DNA of 64,000 nt from NCBI GenBank assembly GCA_047602405.1, contig JASGHJ010000002.1, positions 192,001-256,000 of the forward strand, read 5' to 3'. Positions 61,001 to 64,000 of the stretch are shown in pieces; position 1 is the first letter of the stretch, and each line of letters opens with the position of its first letter. A program made the position numbers and the translations under genes. A model generated the notes under the pieces. That model searched no databases, was not told the origin of the DNA, and was given only the letters and a program-made list of their open reading frames with translations. The stretch is from Anaeromyxobacteraceae bacterium (lineage in GTDB: Bacteria; Myxococcota; Myxococcia; Myxococcales; Anaeromyxobacteraceae).

Positions 61001-62272
61001 ATGGAACTGAACGAGATCCTCCAGGTCGCGCTGCGCGCCGGAGCGAGCGACATCCACCTCAAGGCGGGGCTCCCGCCGATGTTCCGGGTGGACGGCGCGC
61101 TCGTGCCGCTGAAGGACGCCCGCCGTCTCCCCCCCGAGGAGATCGCGCGGATGTCCCTGGGGATCATGAACGACTACCAGAAGGAGAAGTACAAGCAGAC
61201 GAACGAGGTCGACCTCGCCTACGGCGTGCCCGGGCTGGGCCGCTTCCGCGTGAACATCTTCCAGCAGCGCGGCACGCTCGGCGTCGTCCTCCGCGTCATC
61301 CCCTTCAAGATCCAGACGATCGAGTCCCTGATGCTGCCGAAGGTGCTCGAGAAGGTCGCGGGGGAGCAGCGCGGCCTCGTCCTCGTCACCGGCACCACCG
61401 GCTCGGGCAAGTCGACCACCCTCGCGGCGATGATCGACCACATCAACACGACCGAGACCTGCCACATCATGACGATCGAGGACCCGATCGAGTTCCTCAT
61501 CCGGGACAAGCGGTCGATCGTCAACCAGCGCGAGGTCGGCGTCGACACGATGAGCTTCGGCCAGGCGCTGAAGAGCGCCCTGCGCCAGGACCCGGACGTG
61601 ATCCTGGTCGGCGAGATGCGCGACCTCGAGACGATCGAGACGGCGCTCACCGCCGCCGAGACCGGCCACCTCGTGATGTCGACGCTGCACACCCTCGACG
61701 CCACCGAGACCATCAACCGCATCATCTCGGCGTTCCCGCCCTACCAGCAGAAGCAGGTCCGCCTCCAGCTCGGCTCGGTGTTGAAGGCCGTCGTCTCGCA
61801 GCGCCTCGTGCCGCGCGCCGACGGGAAGGGCCGCGTGCCGGCGGTCGAGATCCTGCTGGCCACCGCGCGCGTGCGCGAGCTCATCGAGGACAAGGACCGC
61901 ACGAAGGAAATCCCGGACGCGATCGCCCAGGGGCACGTGTCCTACGGGATGCAGACCTTCGACCAGTCGCTGATGAGCCTCCTCAAGGCGAACGTCATCA
62001 CCTACGAGGAGGCGCTCCGCCAGGCGTCGAACCCCGACGACTTCGCGCTGCGCGTCTCCGGCATCTCGGGCACGAGCGACTCGAAGTGGGACTCGTTCGA
62101 GAAGGCGCCCGAGCCCGGGGTCCGGCCCGGCGCGCCCGCGCCCGCCGGGGCACGGCCGACCCCGCAGCAGGCCGCGGTGGCGAAGGTCGCGCCGGTCGCG
62201 AAGCCCCCGGCGCCGAAGCCCGGCCCCGCCGGTGCCGGCGGGGACGACGACTTCCAGATCGAGCGCTTCTAG
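61001..62272 (+). CDS. pilT: PilT/PilU-family type IV pilus retraction ATPase paralogue
   Basis: ASDIHL, GTTGSGKSTT, IEDPIE, LRQDPDVILVGEMRD, AETGHLVMSTLH, GMQTFDQ; Pro/Ala tail. Confidence 0.9.
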   Translation: MELNEILQVALRAGASDIHLKAGLPPMFRVDGALVPLKDARRLPPEEIARMSLGIMNDYQKEKYKQTNEVDLAYGVPGLGRFRVNIFQQRGTLGVVLRVIPFKIQTIESLMLPKVLEKVAGEQRGLVLVTGTTGSGKSTTLAAMIDHINTTETCHIMTIEDPIEFLIRDKRSIVNQREVGVDTMSFGQALKSALRQDPDVILVGEMRDLETIETALTAAETGHLVMSTLHTLDATETINRIISAFPPYQQKQVRLQLGSVLKAVVSQRLVPRADGKGRVPAVEILLATARVRELIEDKDRTKEIPDAIAQGHVSYGMQTFDQSLMSLLKANVITYEEALRQASNPDDFALRVSGISGTSDSKWDSFEKAPEPGVRPGAPAPAGARPTPQQAAVAKVAPVAKPPAPKPGPAGAGGDDDFQIERF

Positions 62273-62308
62273 GGGCTCCTGACAGCCGGCGGCGGTACCC
62301 TGCCGGCC

Positions 62309-62815
62309 GTGCCGCCCTCCACCCCCGAGACCCCGCTGCAGCGGGCGAAGGCCCTCGCGCTCCGCGCGGTGGCCCGGCGCGCGCACACCGAGGCGGAGCT
62401 GCGCCGCAAGCTCGCGAAGGCCGAGCTCGACGACGAGGCGGACGCCGTCATGGGCTGGCTGAAGGGGCTCGGCTACCTCGACGACCGCGCGTTCGCGGCG
62501 GGCCGGGCGCGGGCGCTCTTGCGGCCGGGGCGGGTGGGGCCGCGCGTGGCCGAGCAGAAGATCGCGCTCGCGGGCATCGGCCGGGAGGCGGCGAGGGCGG
62601 CCGTGGCGGAGGCCCTCGAGGCGGCGGGCGGGCGGTCGAGGAGCGAGCTCACCCTCTGCCGGGCGCTCGCGGAGCGGCGCGCCCGGGGCGGCCTCGCCGC
62701 GCTCGACGAGAAGGGCCGGAACCGGCTCGCGCGGTTCCTGCTCGGCCGCGGGTTCAGCGGGGGCGTGGTCCGGACCGTGGTCGGCGGCGGCTGGCAGCCC
62801 GACCCGGACGAGTAG
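62309..62815 (+). CDS. recX: RecX regulatory protein
   Basis: RAHTEAELRRKL, GYLDDRAFA, GP, RFLLGRGF. Confidence 0.85.
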   Translation: MPPSTPETPLQRAKALALRAVARRAHTEAELRRKLAKAELDDEADAVMGWLKGLGYLDDRAFAAGRARALLRPGRVGPRVAEQKIALAGIGREAARAAVAEALEAAGGRSRSELTLCRALAERRARGGLAALDEKGRNRLARFLLGRGFSGGVVRTVVGGGWQPDPDE

Positions 62816-62883
62816 CGCCGGGGAGGCCCCGGGGCGCGCCAGCCCATGCACGCGGGGGGACCCTCTGCTATCCTCCCGCGCCC

Positions 62884-63672
62884 ATGCACCTCCTCCGGAC
62901 CTCCACCCTCGCCCTCGCGGCGGCCGCCCTCGTGGCGGGCTGCGCGACGCAGCACACGACCATCACCGGCGAGCTCAAGTACGGGAAGTCGGCCGAGGAG
63001 AACTACAACTTCGGCCTCGACGAGGCGAAGGCCAAGAACGACCTCGAGGCCGTGAAGTTCTTCGAGTACGTCCGCCTCAAGTACCCGTTCTCGCGGTTCG
63101 CGACCCTCGCCGAGCTGCGCCTCGCCGACACGAAGTTCGGCCAGGACCGCTTCCTCGAGGCGGCCGAGTCCTACACCCAGTTCGCCCAGCTCCACCCGAC
63201 CCACGACGAGGTCGACTACGCCGAGTTCCGGGCGGCGCTCTCCCACCTGAAGCAGGCGCCCGGCGACTTCTGGCTCTTCCCGGCGGCGTACGAGAAGGAC
63301 CAGCGCGAGGTCGAGAAGGCGGTGGAGCTCCTCGACAACTTCGTCGGCACGCGCACGAAGTCGAAGTACCACGAGGAGGCCGTGAAGCTCCTCTCCGAGG
63401 CGCGCGGCCGGCTCGCCGCCCACGACTGGTACGTCGCCGAGTTCTACTGGAAGCGCGAGCGGTGGGCGGGGGCGGCGCAGCGCTACGAGATGCTGGTGGA
63501 CAAGTTCCCGGGCTCGCCGCGCGAGCCGGAGGCGCTCCTCAAGCTCGCCGAGGCGTCCCTCAAGATGGACGAGAAGCACCGGGCCCGCACCGCGCTCCAG
63601 AAGCTCATCGTGAAGCACCCCCAGGACCCGCGGCGGCCCGAGGCCGAGAAGCTCCTTGCCTCCATCCGCTGA
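62884..63672 (+). CDS. bamD: Outer membrane assembly lipoprotein BamD
   Basis: LVAGC lipobox, YPFSRFA..AEL, HPTH..VDYA, LAAHDWYVAEFY, TPR repeats. Confidence 0.88.
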   Translation: MHLLRTSTLALAAAALVAGCATQHTTITGELKYGKSAEENYNFGLDEAKAKNDLEAVKFFEYVRLKYPFSRFATLAELRLADTKFGQDRFLEAAESYTQFAQLHPTHDEVDYAEFRAALSHLKQAPGDFWLFPAAYEKDQREVEKAVELLDNFVGTRTKSKYHEEAVKLLSEARGRLAAHDWYVAEFYWKRERWAGAAQRYEMLVDKFPGSPREPEALLKLAEASLKMDEKHRARTALQKLIVKHPQDPRRPEAEKLLASIR

Positions 63673-63700
63673 GCCTCCCTCCCCAGGTCGGGCCGGCCTC

Positions 63701-64000
63701 GACCCGCTGCGGCGGCGCGCGCTCTCCGCGCGGCACGGCGCGCCCTTCCTGTTCCCGCTCGGGCTCGTCGTGGTGGTCTCCGCCGCGGGCTGGCTCCTCT
63801 TCCGCGAGGGCGGGCCCGGGCGCGCGGCGGCCCGGGCCGTGGTCACGAGCCCCGAGACCCAGGTGCGCCAGGCCATCTCCGGCCAGCGGAAGGTCCGCCT
63901 CGGCGACGTCTACGGCTTCGGGGCGGGCGGCCTCGCCACGCTCGACCCGCTCACGTACTCGGACGTCTCGATCCAGGTCGAGGGCAAGCGCGCGAGCGTG
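63701..64000 (+). CDS. Partial hypothetical membrane-anchored protein (start unresolved, runs off the window)
   Basis: Open frame with hydrophobic FLFPLGLVVVVSAAGWLLF and typical codon bias. Confidence 0.4.

Overview
Very GC-rich, densely coding bacterial chromosome segment. Gene content (multiheme cytochrome, two chemoreceptors, a PilT paralogue, heme-binding kinase, hexamer-repeat intergenic palindromes) suggests Myxococcota, probably an Anaeromyxobacter-like organism; this taxonomy is inference. About 60 CDS can be called by motif. They include two MacAB-type ABC exporter operons, alr, a complete homogentisate (Tyr/Phe) catabolic operon, acs, an ldcA/serine hydrolase/mpl peptidoglycan-recycling operon, uvrD/rep, rplM-rpsI, pilT-recX-bamD and several signalling genes. 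I saw no rRNA, tRNA, CRISPR array, transposase or prophage. The most unusual items are: (1) an orphan Sec-signal / Ig-like / collagen / Hcp (T6SS tube fold) fusion gene, divergent from a two-component system; (2) a Fur-box-headed operon of di-heme peroxidase lipoprotein, porin, nitrobindin-like protein and AraC regulator; (3) a deacetylase fused to a GNAT-like domain; (4) a porin plus dodecaheme lipoprotein pair; (5) a chemoreceptor with a degenerate signalling tip; (6) a five-copy REP-like family, two long hexamer-repeat palindromes and an in-frame palindromic insertion inside a gene. Four conserved genes carry single-base +1 frameshifts, three of them at GATC, which most likely are sequencing errors. 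All product calls come from reading motifs by eye; no database searches were run.
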